A DNA stretch of 64,000 nucleotides from an uncultured Bacteroidota bacterium (GTDB taxonomy: Bacteria; Bacteroidota; Ignavibacteria; UBA10030; UBA6906). This document shows, piece after piece, positions 19,981 through 30,394 of the stretch. The notes beneath the pieces were generated by a model. It had not been told where the DNA came from. It saw only the letters and a list, made by a program, of their open reading frames with translations, and made no database searches. A program made the translations under genes and the position numbers. How positions within the stretch are numbered: the stretch's first letter is position 1; each line of letters opens with the position of its first letter. The stretch lies in contig CAVQPT010000021.1 in the NCBI GenBank assembly GCA_963714855.1, forward strand, positions 192,030 through 256,029, given 5' to 3'.

Positions 19981-20487
19981 TTACCGATCGGTGATACGCG
20001 GCCGCCGCCACGAACGCCGGGTGCGTTTGGGCACGCGTGCTGCGAGGGCGTGCATTTCGTGGATCAGGTCGCGCTCACGCTCGTACCGGCCGACCCTGAT
20101 CCGGTACAGCCGCCTGCGTTCCTTGATCTTGAACACGACCACCTGGAACCGTCCGCCGGTCTGCACTCCCGCTTCCCGTCCGATGTGCATCCATTCCATC
20201 TCGTCGATGCTAATGCGGCGTTCATTCCAGCGGTGGCGGAAGATGATCGCGTCGTGCGCGATGACCAGGCGTCTGTTGCGCAGCGCGTTGAGCGCGAGCG
20301 TCACAAGCGACATGAGCACAAAGAACACGATCACGTACATCAGCGGATCATTGAGGACGTATTCGAACTTGGCCTCGACAAAGTTCCCCCGGATGCCTCC
20401 GTAGACGATCAGCGTAAGCAAATAGATCAACGCCGATTGATAATAGAAGTCCAGTTTGTATTTGAACGATTTTTCGTCAGCCGTCAT
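19981..20487 (-). CDS. hypothetical 2-TM membrane protein with a cytoplasmic bPH-like domain
   Basis: ORF inserted between murG and murC. It has two hydrophobic helices, then a basic beta-rich domain (RRLVIAHDAIIFRHRWNERRISIDEMEWMHIGRE...FQVVVFKIKERRRLYRIRV). The start was chosen at an internal Met. Confidence 0.4.
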   Translation of the reverse strand: MTADEKSFKYKLDFYYQSALIYLLTLIVYGGIRGNFVEAKFEYVLNDPLMYVIVFFVLMSLVTLALNALRNRRLVIAHDAIIFRHRWNERRISIDEMEWMHIGREAGVQTGGRFQVVVFKIKERRRLYRIRVGRYERERDLIHEMHALAARVPKRTRRSWRRPRITDR

Positions 20488-21589
20488 GTCGTGTTCGTGC
20501 AAGGTGATAGAGTGACCGCGCAATGGCCATCGCCGCATCGGGGCGGGCCATTGACCGCGCTGCAGTCGCCATTGCCATCAATGTTGACGGCTGCGACAGT
20601 GTATCGAGCACCATTCCTTGTAACGCTGTTCCAGCGTCTTCGTCCGGACACAGCATCGCCGCTCCCTTTTCCACCATGGCACGTGCATTCGCCGTCTGGT
20701 GGTCTGCCGCGGCATGCGGATAGGGAACGAGAATCGACGGCACGCCGGCACACATCAGTTCTGCAAGAGTCGTCGCGCCCGACCGGCACACCGCGAGATC
20801 TGCCACGGCATACGCGCGTTCCATTGTTTCGCAAAATGGCAGCATCGTCACCATGGACGCCGGCACAGACGGGGGGAGTGCAGCTGCCAGTCTGGCGTAC
20901 TCCCGTTCTCCCGTGAGCCAGAGGATCTGCACACCGGCTGCGGTCACGTCCGCCACTGCGTCACCGATGGCCGCGTTTATCGATGCAGCGCCCTGGCTTC
21001 CACCCACGACCAGGAGCGTCCTGCGTTCAGGATCGATCCCGAGAGCAGCAGCTGCCTCGGCCCGGCGTATGGTGCCCACCGCAGCTCGGACGGGATTTCC
21101 GCTGACCATCACATTGTCCTCCCGGCGCAGAAAGCGGCGGGTCGTCTCAAATGCCAGATGCACGTGTGTCGCCCGCCGTGCGAGAATCCGGGTGGTCGTT
21201 CCCGGAACACTGTTCTGTTCCTGTACCACCGTCGGCAGACCCATCAGGGATCCCATGAAGACGGGCGGACCGCAGACATAGCCGCCGGTCCCCACCACAA
21301 CATCCGCCCCGAACTTCCGGAGAATGAAGAACGACTGAACCAGCGCAACGACAACTTTGAGCGGGAAGGCCAGGGTCGGAAGCGACACCGTCCGCCGGAG
21401 CCCGCTGATCCAGATCGGTGCAAAGTCATATCCCTGTGCCGGTACCACACGTGCCTCGATTTTCCCTTGTGTTCCAATGAACAGAATTGCCGCCTCCGGA
21501 TCGATCGTGCGGAGCGCGTCCGCAATCGCGAGGGCCGGAAACAGATGGCCGCCGGTCCCTCCACCGGCAAACACAACGCGAACAGCCAT
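20477..21589 (-). CDS. murG: UDP-N-acetylglucosamine--N-acetylmuramyl-(pentapeptide) pyrophosphoryl-undecaprenol GlcNAc transferase
   Basis: N-terminus VVFAGGGTGGHLFPALAIA. GT28 C-terminal domain motifs. Confidence 0.95.
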   Translation of the reverse strand: MAVRVVFAGGGTGGHLFPALAIADALRTIDPEAAILFIGTQGKIEARVVPAQGYDFAPIWISGLRRTVSLPTLAFPLKVVVALVQSFFILRKFGADVVVGTGGYVCGPPVFMGSLMGLPTVVQEQNSVPGTTTRILARRATHVHLAFETTRRFLRREDNVMVSGNPVRAAVGTIRRAEAAAALGIDPERRTLLVVGGSQGAASINAAIGDAVADVTAAGVQILWLTGEREYARLAAALPPSVPASMVTMLPFCETMERAYAVADLAVCRSGATTLAELMCAGVPSILVPYPHAAADHQTANARAMVEKGAAMLCPDEDAGTALQGMVLDTLSQPSTLMAMATAARSMARPDAAMAIARSLYHLARTRHDG

Positions 21590-21591
21590 AG

Positions 21592-22777
21592 TCAGTACAC
21601 CTTGCCTACAGCGGCCGTTGCACGGGGTTCCAGTGGACGAACCGCCCCCGGTTCCGCGACAAGCCGCGGGTGCAGATCAGTCTGCGCCGAAATATTCAGG
21701 AGCACACCCACTGCCAGACATGAGACGAGCATGGACGAACCGCCGTAGCTCACAAAGGGCATTGGCAGACCCGTGGTCGGGAGCACGCCGAGTGCAACGC
21801 CGGCGTTGACCAGACCATACAGGGTGATGGATATCGTGATACCGAGCGCAAGCGCCCGGCCGAACTCATCAGGCGCATGCCGCGCAATCTTGAGTCCGCG
21901 CAGCAGAAGAATGACAAAGAGCGTCAGCACGAACAAGGCGCCAATCAATCCGTATTCCTCACCGATGATCGCATACACGAAATCGCCGTACGCCTCCGGA
22001 AGATAGAACTCGCGCTGCTTGCTCCCTCCCGGCCCCAGTCCGAACAGACCGCCGTTTCCGAACCCGAGGATCCCCTGATACACCTGATGGTTCATTTTCA
22101 CCGCACCGTACATCACGCTGTCAATGAACGTCCGGAGGCGAACCATCCGGTATTCTTTACCCACCATGTACACGAAGAGCAACGGAACCATCCCCGCCAC
22201 GGTGATCCCGAGGTGGCTCAGCCGCACACCACCCAGAAAGATGATGATCACGCTGACCACGATCAGCATGCTCCCCGGTGCTGAAAGCCGGCTGCAGGAG
22301 AACCAGGCCGGACACAAGCACGATCCAGAACATCATCGGCAGGTACCCTGTCGTGAAATCGCGGAGCCGTTCCCGCTTCAACGCAATGAGCGTCGCAAGA
22401 TGGAAGATCAGCGCGAGTCGCGCAAACTCCGACGGCTGAATCCCGAACCCTCCGAAACGCAGCCATCGCGCCGCTCCGTTCACCTCGCCTCCAGTGGCGA
22501 TGGTGATCAGCAGAACCACGACGATACCGATGAGGAACTGCTTCGAAAACTTCTTGATGATCCGGTAATCCACCTGCATCATCACAAACATCGCCATCAG
22601 GCCGAGGACCACCTTCGCAGCATGATTGCCGAGCAGGCGCTCACTTTCTCCCAGACGTTCCTGTGCCCAGCTTGCGCTCGCGCTGTATACAACGCCGACG
22701 CTCAACACCAGCAACATGAGAACGACGATCAGCGACGTGATGTCGATGTGATTCTTCTTTGTTTTGCTGATGATCAT
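21592..22777 (-). CDS. ftsW: peptidoglycan glycosyltransferase FtsW (SEDS family), interrupted by a single frameshift
   Basis: Two overlapping ORFs (22157..22777 and 21592..22317) together give a complete SEDS protein. The frame changes by 1 nt near 22265-22300 (LQPAFSTG | SMLIVVSVIIIFLGG). Confidence 0.85.
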
Positions 22778-24246
22778 GATCCGGTCTCAGGCAGACTGCG
22801 CACAAGCTCTTTGAACACCCTGCCCCGGTGTTCGTAGTTCTCGAACCAGTCGAACGACGCACAGGCAGGCGAAAGCAGGACGATGTCTCCGCGGACCGCA
22901 CCGTCCGCCGCACAATGCACCGCATCGTCCATTGTTGTGGCGACGGTCACCGGCACGACTCCTGAAAACGCGGTCCGGACGGTCTCGGCCGACTCGCCGA
23001 TTGCCACGATCGCTTTCACATGTTTCCGCACGAGGTCCACCAGGCGCGTGTAGTCGTTCCCTTTATCGCGTCCACCAAGCAGCACCACGAGCGGCGCGGT
23101 GTAACTCTGCAGTGCATACCAGACGGCATCAACATTGGTTGCTTTGGAGTCGTTGATATACGTGACGCCGTTCAGCGTACGCACAAATTCGAGACGGTGC
23201 TCTACGCCCCCGAAGTTTTTCAGGGTTGCCCGGAGGGATGCGGGGTGTATACCCATGACTTGCGCTGCCAGCGTTGCCGCCATGGCATTGTACAGATTGT
23301 GTGTCCCCGGAATGCTGATCTCCTCCACCGGAACGATGGGTGTTGCGTTGTCGTCAATCCTGGTGGTCAGAGTCCCGTCCTGCACCCATGCACCCGCCGT
23401 CAGGGACGTTGAGACGCTGAAGGGAAGCCGCCGGACAGCCGCGCCGGCCCGTTGCTCCACCACCCGGCGGGAGATGTCGTCGTCCCGGTTGTAAATTACC
23501 ACGTCTCCCTCGCCCTGCCGCGCAAAGATGCGGCATTTGGCTTCAATGTACTTTTCGAAGTTGTGCTCGTACCTGTCCAGATGGTCGGGCGTGATGTTCA
23601 ACAGGACTGAAACCCTGGGTCTGAACGTCTCTGCATGGTCCAGTTGAAAACTGCTCACCTCGAGCACCGCCGTATGGGCGGGTGTCAACTCCCCGATCAC
23701 ATCCGAGAACGCCGTACCGATGTTCCCTGCAACCACGCACGGTCTTCGCGCATCGGTGAACATCCGGCCTGTCAGCGTGGTCGTTGTGGTCTTGCCGTTG
23801 GTTCCGGTGATGGCCACGACCGGACCCGCAGCGAACCAGCTGGCGGTTTCGAGCTCACTCACCACGCTTATGCCCCGGTCCAACGCCTCACGGACCAGCG
23901 GCACGGTTGACGGAACCCCGGGGCTGAGGACCAGTACGTCCGCGTCAAGCACCCGGGGCGAATGTCCGCCGAATTCGTACGGGATGCCAAGGCGGTGCAG
24001 TTCATCCTGCTCCGCACGTTTCGTCTCCGCAGATTTGTTGTCGCTCACAAACACCTGTGCACCCTCCGTCGAAAGCAACCGGGCGACCGCAACACCGCTG
24101 CGTGCCGCGCCGATAACGCTGAACCGTGTGTGTCGTATCCCGCCGCGATCCATCGTCCCTAGCGCACCTTGAACGTGGCGAGGCTGACGATCATCAGCAG
24201 AATCGCCACGATATAGAACCGTGTGACGATCTTGGGCTCCGGCCAT
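22774..24246 (-). CDS. murD: UDP-N-acetylmuramoylalanine--D-glutamate ligase
   Basis: N-terminal Rossmann FSVIGAARSGVAVARLL, Mur ligase P-loop GTNGKTTTTTL, and the murD position in the dcw order. Confidence 0.95.
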   Translation of the reverse strand: MAGAQDRHTVLYRGDSADDRQPRHVQGALGTMDRGGIRHTRFSVIGAARSGVAVARLLSTEGAQVFVSDNKSAETKRAEQDELHRLGIPYEFGGHSPRVLDADVLVLSPGVPSTVPLVREALDRGISVVSELETASWFAAGPVVAITGTNGKTTTTTLTGRMFTDARRPCVVAGNIGTAFSDVIGELTPAHTAVLEVSSFQLDHAETFRPRVSVLLNITPDHLDRYEHNFEKYIEAKCRIFARQGEGDVVIYNRDDDISRRVVEQRAGAAVRRLPFSVSTSLTAGAWVQDGTLTTRIDDNATPIVPVEEISIPGTHNLYNAMAATLAAQVMGIHPASLRATLKNFGGVEHRLEFVRTLNGVTYINDSKATNVDAVWYALQSYTAPLVVLLGGRDKGNDYTRLVDLVRKHVKAIVAIGESAETVRTAFSGVVPVTVATTMDDAVHCAADGAVRGDIVLLSPACASFDWFENYEHRGRVFKELVRSLPETGS

Positions 24247-25283
24247 CCCAGCAGTTCGAAGTGATGGTGGAGCGGCGCCATGCGAAACACCCTGCGCCCT
24301 TCGCCGTATTTCCGTTTGGTGTACTTGAAATAGAGCCGCTGGATAATGACCGACATGGTCTCCGCCACAAACACGCCGCCCAGAGTCGGGAGCAACAGCT
24401 CTTTCTTAATGAGCACGCAGAGGGCCCCGAGTGCACCGCCCAGCGCAAGGGAGCCGGTGTCGCCCATGAACACCTGCGCCGGATACGCGTTAAACCAGAG
24501 GAACCCGAGCGCAGCTCCGGCCATCGCCGCACAGAAAATCACCAACTCGCCGTTGCCGCGAAGGAACGGAATCGTGAGATAATCGCTGAGCAGAGCGTTC
24601 CCCGAAATGTAGCTGATCACCCCGAGGGTCAGCGCCACAATGGCCACGATGCCGATGGCAAGGCCGTCGAGTCCATCCGTAAGGTTCACCGCATTCGACA
24701 TGGCCGTGATGATAAACACCACCATCGGGATATACAGCACGCCGACATCGAGCTCGAGATTCTTGAAGAAAGGGACCGTGGTCGATGAGCTGATCTTCCA
24801 GAGATCTGCGTCAATCCAGTGTGGAAAGAAATAGATCACACTGCCGACCACACACCCCACCACGACCTGCCCGACGATTTTGTACCTTCCGATCAGCCCT
24901 TTGGGTTTTTTCTTGACAACCTTCAGATAATCGTCGAGAAACCCGACTGCTCCGAGCATCAGCGTCACAAACAGAATGAGCAACACATAGACATTTGTCA
25001 GGTTCCCCCAGAGCAGCGTTGGCACCAGAACGCTGGCCAGCACGATGAGTCCGCCCATCGTGGGCGTTCCCGCCTTCGTCAGGTGCGTCTTGGGCGCCTC
25101 GAGCTTCGCCGACTCACCGATCTGCCGGTTGCGGAGTGTTCGGATGATTTTCGGCCCGAGCCAGAACGCAATCAGGAGCGCGGTGACCGCAGCCGCGGCT
25201 GCACGAAACGTCAGGAAGCGCACCACCCCGAACCCGGGGGGGTGATACAGGGCCTCAATCCAATCGAAAAGAAAAAAGAGCAT
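24159..25283 (-). CDS. mraY: phospho-N-acetylmuramoyl-pentapeptide transferase
   Basis: 10-TM protein with the MraY signature DDxxD/NxxNxxDGxDGL (VNLTDGLDGLAIG). Confidence 0.95.
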   Translation of the reverse strand: MLFFLFDWIEALYHPPGFGVVRFLTFRAAAAAVTALLIAFWLGPKIIRTLRNRQIGESAKLEAPKTHLTKAGTPTMGGLIVLASVLVPTLLWGNLTNVYVLLILFVTLMLGAVGFLDDYLKVVKKKPKGLIGRYKIVGQVVVGCVVGSVIYFFPHWIDADLWKISSSTTVPFFKNLELDVGVLYIPMVVFIITAMSNAVNLTDGLDGLAIGIVAIVALTLGVISYISGNALLSDYLTIPFLRGNGELVIFCAAMAGAALGFLWFNAYPAQVFMGDTGSLALGGALGALCVLIKKELLLPTLGGVFVAETMSVIIQRLYFKYTKRKYGEGRRVFRMAPLHHHFELLGWPEPKIVTRFYIVAILLMIVSLATFKVR

Positions 25284-25312
25284 ACCGTGTCTGGATTGTC
25301 CTGAGTTTCTCT

Positions 25313-26719
25313 CTAGCCCGCCGCCGACGGTCGGACCGTGAGCCGTTCCTGCAGGAAGATCACAATGTCTTCCATCCGCATCCCCCGCGACCCCTTGACG
25401 AGGACGGCGTCGCCAGGCCCCAGCAGTTCCAGGAGATACTCTGCAAGCATGTTTTTCTGATCGTAATGCACCGCCGTCCGCAACCCCGGTACGCGGGAGA
25501 TGTCGCGCGCCAGTGCCCCGAAGGTCAGGACGTAATCGATTCCCAGTTCTGCCGCCACATGGCCTACCCGCTCGTGTTCGGTGGAGCTTTCCATCCCCAG
25601 TTCAAGCATGTCGCCAAGGACGGCGATCTTGTTGCCGGCTGCGGGGAGAGCAGCCAGCGTCTGCAGAGCCGCAATGGTCGAATCAGGATTCGCGTTGTAC
25701 GTATCATTCAGAATCGTTACGCCACCGGTTTTCAGGAGTTCCATCCGCTTATCCGCAGCACGGAATTCCTGCAGGGCGTCCCGCACATCGCCCACCGGAA
25801 CCCGGAAAAACAATCCCACGGCAATCGCGGCCAGCGCATTCGAAACGTTGTGCTCCGCCGGTACAGCGAGGTCGACCTCCACAGGTTTTCGCATCCGCTT
25901 TCCGGAAAACTGGAATGACACGGTGCCGTCGCCGGTCAGTCGTACGGCGTTTCCCCGTACATCCGCAGAACGACTGCGAATACCATACGTCACGGTGCGG
26001 CGAAGACGCCGTGCAGCGCGCACGAGCAGATGGTCGTCGGCATTCACAAAAGCCAGCGGCGCTCTGCCCTCGCCCTGCTCCCAGAGTGCGGTTTCTTCAC
26101 GGGCTACGCCATCGACCGATCCGAAAAACTCCAGATGTTCCCGCCCGATATTTGTGATCAATGCATGGGTCGGACCGAGAACATCGCGCAGAACGGCGAT
26201 TTCTCCCGGGTGATTTGTTCCGACCTCCACCACCGCGATGTCATGCTTCGATGTCAGTCCGAACAGCGTAAGCGGCACACCGATATGGTTGTTCAGATTT
26301 CCTTTCGTGCTCAGCACGCGGTGCCGCTTTGCCAGAACCCGTACAATCATCTCTTTCGTCGTGGTCTTCCCGTTGCTCCCTCCCACAGCAATCACCGGGA
26401 GATCAAACTTCCGGCGATAGCGGGCGGCAAGTTCCTGCAACGCACGAGCGGTGTCCTCGACGACAAGGGACGCTACGCCGGGCGGAACCTGGTCCGCGTG
26501 ATGCACATCCACAACGACTCCCGCAGCCTTGCGCGCCAGCACGTCCGGAAGGAAGAGATGCGCGTCGAACCGTTCCCCGCGGAGTGCTACGAAGAGATCA
26601 CCTGCTGCAACCGTGCGTGAGTCCGTCGAGACCCCCGTTGCGTTCCATCGTGGGACCCCGGCAGGAACATGCAGCGCCACATGGCGTACGGCGCGCAGAT
26701 CGGATGCGGTGATCTTCAT
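25313..26719 (-). CDS. murF: UDP-N-acetylmuramoyl-tripeptide--D-alanyl-D-alanine ligase
   Basis: Mur ligase P-loop GSNGKTTTKEM and the murF position in the cluster. Confidence 0.9.
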   Translation of the reverse strand: MKITASDLRAVRHVALHVPAGVPRWNATGVSTDSRTVAAGDLFVALRGERFDAHLFLPDVLARKAAGVVVDVHHADQVPPGVASLVVEDTARALQELAARYRRKFDLPVIAVGGSNGKTTTKEMIVRVLAKRHRVLSTKGNLNNHIGVPLTLFGLTSKHDIAVVEVGTNHPGEIAVLRDVLGPTHALITNIGREHLEFFGSVDGVAREETALWEQGEGRAPLAFVNADDHLLVRAARRLRRTVTYGIRSRSADVRGNAVRLTGDGTVSFQFSGKRMRKPVEVDLAVPAEHNVSNALAAIAVGLFFRVPVGDVRDALQEFRAADKRMELLKTGGVTILNDTYNANPDSTIAALQTLAALPAAGNKIAVLGDMLELGMESSTEHERVGHVAAELGIDYVLTFGALARDISRVPGLRTAVHYDQKNMLAEYLLELLGPGDAVLVKGSRGMRMEDIVIFLQERLTVRPSAAG

Positions 26720-28269
26720 TTCATGTTCCGGATGAACATTTCCACCTCTTCGCGGTCGTCCAGATGGCTCCTTGTTGAACCGACCACCTGATAATCTTCG
26801 TGTCCTTTGCCCGCGATAAGCACAACATCGCCCGCTTCAGCCAGGAGAAGGCCTTTGATGATCGCCTGCCTGCGGTCAATTTCCGTATACACGGTCTTTC
26901 CGGGAAGGACACCGGCAGCAATCTGATCAATGATGGCTTGCGGTTCTTCCTGACGTGGGTTGTCGGATGTAATGACGATGATATCGCTCAACTCGGAAGC
27001 GATCCTTCCCATCTTCGGTCGTTTGTCCCGGTCCCTGTTCCCGCCGCACCCGAAGACCGTGATCACCCTGGCGCCGTTGGTCCGGGGAAGAAGTTCACGA
27101 AGTGCGAGAAGGGTATTCTGCAGCGCATCCGGCGTGTGCGCGTAGTCGATCACGGCGGTCCACCCGGTGGGAGCAAGGATCTGTTCAAACCGTCCCCGCA
27201 CGGCTTTCAGTGTGGCAAGGCCCTGTGCAACGAGGGACGGTTCAACGCCGAGTTCTGACGTCACAGCGAATGCTCCCAAAAGGTTCAACACATTGAATCG
27301 CCCGGTCAGCGCTGAACGGACCGGCGTGCTCACATCGTTCCGCACGACCGTACATGCCATTCCTTCCACGTTCAACTGGATATCACGCGCGACAACATCG
27401 GCGTTACCGGTCCCGTACGTCACGCGCCGTGCCTTCGAGCCCGCATACACCGCCTCGTGAGCAGGATCATCGGCATTCACCACAGCCACTGCATCACCGG
27501 GAAGCATATCAAACAGCATCTTCTTCGCCTGAAAATACTCCTCCATCGACCCGTGATAGTCGAGATGGTCCTGCGTGAAGTTCGTGAACACCGCGGCCGC
27601 AAACCGGAGTCCGTAGACCCGGTGCATGGCGAGCGCGTGGGACGATACTTCCATCACGGCGGCGCTGCAGTTGTTGTCTACCATCGTTGCCAGCAGCGAC
27701 TGCAGATCAACCGATTCGGGCGTCGTGTGTGTCGCCGGAACGATCTGCGTGCCCGTGTCATAGCTGATGGTTCCGATCAATCCGACGCGTTCTCCGGCTG
27801 CCTCCAGCACGGCTTTGATGAGATACGCCGTCGTGGTCTTGCCGTTTGTCCCCGTGACGCCAATGAGCCGGAGCTTTTCCGATGGCCGGCCGCGGAAATT
27901 CGCCGCAGCGCATGCAAGCGCCCTCCGAGCATCCGGAACAACGATCTTCATCACACCCGTATGCTGAAAATACGCATCGGGGTGTGCAGCATTGTCCTGC
28001 ATCATGACCGCAAGAGCGCCACGTTCGACCGCATCCTCGATGAAACGGGCGCCGTCAGTTGCCGTACCCGGCAACGCAACGAACAGATCCCCGCGCTCCA
28101 CCCTGCGTGAGTCATACTGCACGTTGTGGATCTCGATATCCTGCGTCGGCGCCTTCGCCCCGTAATGGAGCAGAAAGAGTTTGCTCACCTGCACTCCGTC
28201 CAGCAGCCGCGCGAGAAGCATGGGAGTTCTCTTTCTACGAGCTGATGGACGCTGAAGAGCGCGGTTCAC
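26716..28269 (-). CDS. murE: UDP-N-acetylmuramoyl-L-alanyl-D-glutamate--2,6-diaminopimelate ligase
   Basis: P-loop GTNGKTTTAYL and a C-terminal DNPR motif (SDNPRQE) typical of the meso-DAP-adding MurE. Confidence 0.95.
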   Translation of the reverse strand: MNRALQRPSARRKRTPMLLARLLDGVQVSKLFLLHYGAKAPTQDIEIHNVQYDSRRVERGDLFVALPGTATDGARFIEDAVERGALAVMMQDNAAHPDAYFQHTGVMKIVVPDARRALACAAANFRGRPSEKLRLIGVTGTNGKTTTAYLIKAVLEAAGERVGLIGTISYDTGTQIVPATHTTPESVDLQSLLATMVDNNCSAAVMEVSSHALAMHRVYGLRFAAAVFTNFTQDHLDYHGSMEEYFQAKKMLFDMLPGDAVAVVNADDPAHEAVYAGSKARRVTYGTGNADVVARDIQLNVEGMACTVVRNDVSTPVRSALTGRFNVLNLLGAFAVTSELGVEPSLVAQGLATLKAVRGRFEQILAPTGWTAVIDYAHTPDALQNTLLALRELLPRTNGARVITVFGCGGNRDRDKRPKMGRIASELSDIIVITSDNPRQEEPQAIIDQIAAGVLPGKTVYTEIDRRQAIIKGLLLAEAGDVVLIAGKGHEDYQVVGSTRSHLDDREEVEMFIRNMK

Positions 28270-30394
28270 AACGCACTGTCACCACCGTACCCTGCCGCAC
28301 ACGCTCACCGGGGAGCGGCGTCTGCCCGACAACTGTCCCCGATCCGACAATGGACGCATCCAGGTGTTGCAGCGTGAGGCTGTTAATCGCCCTGCGCATG
28401 CTCAGGCCGCGCAGATCGGGAACGAGGGCGACGCCTCCAGGAAGCATGCGTGTATTGTCGTTTGTCCGTATGCTCACTTCCGCATGTCGGGCCATCATGG
28501 TGCCGCTGGAAGGTATCTGTTCCACAATGACTGTTCCCCCTCCGGCGACCTGCGGATCGAAGCCTTCCCCTTTCAGCAAGGCAACAGCAACATCCGTTTT
28601 CAGGTTGACGACATCCGGGACGGCCCGCCGCCCTGTGCGCGCGATTGCCGGAGCCTGGTGCGTCTTGAACCGGCCGGCAAGCGTAAAGATCTTCTCCGCA
28701 ATGCCTTTGAAGATCGGCGCGCTCGCGAGTCCGCCATAATAGACTCCACCCCGCGGCTTATCGAGCATGACCAGACAGACCACGCGCGGGTCGTCTGCGG
28801 GAAAGAATCCGACAAACGATGCAGTGTAGCTTCCCGGTTCGTACCGCCCGTTCACAACCACCTTGGCCGTACCGGTCTTCCCGGCGATGCGCAGACCGGG
28901 GACCTTCGCCTGTGTCGCGGTGCCGCGGTCTACCACGCCTTCAAACAACGATGTCAGAATTCGTGCAGTCTCTTCGGACACCACGCGCCTGATTTGCAGC
29001 GGACGGTTTTCTGCAATCACGTCTTGCTCGGCATTCACGACCCGCCGCACTGCGTACGGCTTCATCAAAATGCCGTGGTTCGCCACGGCGGCGTAGGCCA
29101 TGACGAGCTGCAGCGGGGTGACACCAACTTCATAGCCGTACGCAAGCGCGGAGAGTGTCGTGCCCGACCACTCGCGGGGCTTCTTGAGAAGTCCGCCGAC
29201 TTCGCCCGGCAGTTCAATACCGGTGGGCGTGCCGAATCCGAATGCACGGCCCGTGGTATACATCGCTTCCGCACCGATCCGGTTCGCCACTTTCACCATG
29301 ACGATATTGCTGGACTTCTCCACGGCTTCCCGGAACGGGACCACACCAAGAGGGTGTGAATCGTTTACCGGATATGTTTTCCCTCCCGGCAGCGGGACAG
29401 CATACCTCCCCCGTTCTCCGTTGAACTTCTCATCGAGACGCACAGCATCTTTCTCAAGAGCTGCTGCTATTGTCACCACCTTGAAGACGGACCCCGGTTC
29501 GAACGTATCCGTGATGATTCGATTCCGGAGCGTCGCCTGGTCCAGCTCCCCGGTCCGGTTCGGATTGAACGAGGGGGAGATCGCCAGGGCGAGAATTTCA
29601 CCCGTCGCCGGATCGACCATGATCACCAATCCGCCATCGGCCTGGGTCCGCGCAATTCCCTGTGCAAGCTCCTCTTCCACAACATCCTGGTATTCGACAT
29701 CGAGTGTCAGGACCAGGTTGTGGCCGTCGACCGGTTCCACGCGCGGGTAGTCGACGGAGGGTCGGATCCGGCGAAGGGCATCGCGCTGCAACACGACATA
29801 GCCGTCCGTTCCCCGCAACCATGTATCGTACTGGTACTCAAGTCCGCTCAAGCCGGCATGGTCACGCCCAGTAACACCCAGCAACTGTCCGGCTGTACGG
29901 TCATAGTGGTAGAGGCGGTTCGGCTCCTCCAGCACGATCACTCCGCGCAGTTCGTGCGACGGTATGCGGGCGGCCGTGAGCGGCTGGACGCCCCGCTCCA
30001 GCCAGACAAATCTTTTTTCGCCATCCTCCATCGCCGAGAGATAGGTGCCGGATGTTTTGCGGAAAACACGCGCAAACTGCTGCGCGATCTCCCTCCGCTC
30101 GTTTCCCGCAACTTTCGGATCGGCGCCGAATGATACGACCATGGCATTGGACACAAGGACCTTGCCGGTCCGGTCGCTGATAATGCCCCTCGCAGCAGGG
30201 AGATCCACGCGCGATTCGTACTGACGACGCGCTGCTTCCTGGTACCGGGGGGCGTCGACGACCTGAATCTGAACGAGCCGGAGCACAAGAACGACCGTGA
30301 ACAGCAGCAGGACGATCTTCAAAAACAGCACCCGCCTCTGCAATCGGGCACGGGGAGACTTGTCGGCCGCTGCATCCGGCATTGCTCCACTCAC
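28235..30394 (-). CDS. ftsI: penicillin-binding protein (FtsI/PBP3-like) with two C-terminal PASTA domains
   Basis: N-terminal TM helix, transpeptidase motifs SVFK, SSN and KTGTA, then two PASTA repeats near the C-terminus. Confidence 0.9.
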   Translation of the reverse strand: MSGAMPDAAADKSPRARLQRRVLFLKIVLLLFTVVLVLRLVQIQVVDAPRYQEAARRQYESRVDLPAARGIISDRTGKVLVSNAMVVSFGADPKVAGNERREIAQQFARVFRKTSGTYLSAMEDGEKRFVWLERGVQPLTAARIPSHELRGVIVLEEPNRLYHYDRTAGQLLGVTGRDHAGLSGLEYQYDTWLRGTDGYVVLQRDALRRIRPSVDYPRVEPVDGHNLVLTLDVEYQDVVEEELAQGIARTQADGGLVIMVDPATGEILALAISPSFNPNRTGELDQATLRNRIITDTFEPGSVFKVVTIAAALEKDAVRLDEKFNGERGRYAVPLPGGKTYPVNDSHPLGVVPFREAVEKSSNIVMVKVANRIGAEAMYTTGRAFGFGTPTGIELPGEVGGLLKKPREWSGTTLSALAYGYEVGVTPLQLVMAYAAVANHGILMKPYAVRRVVNAEQDVIAENRPLQIRRVVSEETARILTSLFEGVVDRGTATQAKVPGLRIAGKTGTAKVVVNGRYEPGSYTASFVGFFPADDPRVVCLVMLDKPRGGVYYGGLASAPIFKGIAEKIFTLAGRFKTHQAPAIARTGRRAVPDVVNLKTDVAVALLKGEGFDPQVAGGGTVIVEQIPSSGTMMARHAEVSIRTNDNTRMLPGGVALVPDLRGLSMRRAINSLTLQHLDASIVGSGTVVGQTPLPGERVRQGTVVTVRCEPRSSASISS

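Noticed and set aside
20050-21748. Plus-strand ORFs 20050..20916 and 20699..21748
   Set aside because: They are antisense to murG and the hypothetical membrane gene. No domain signal.
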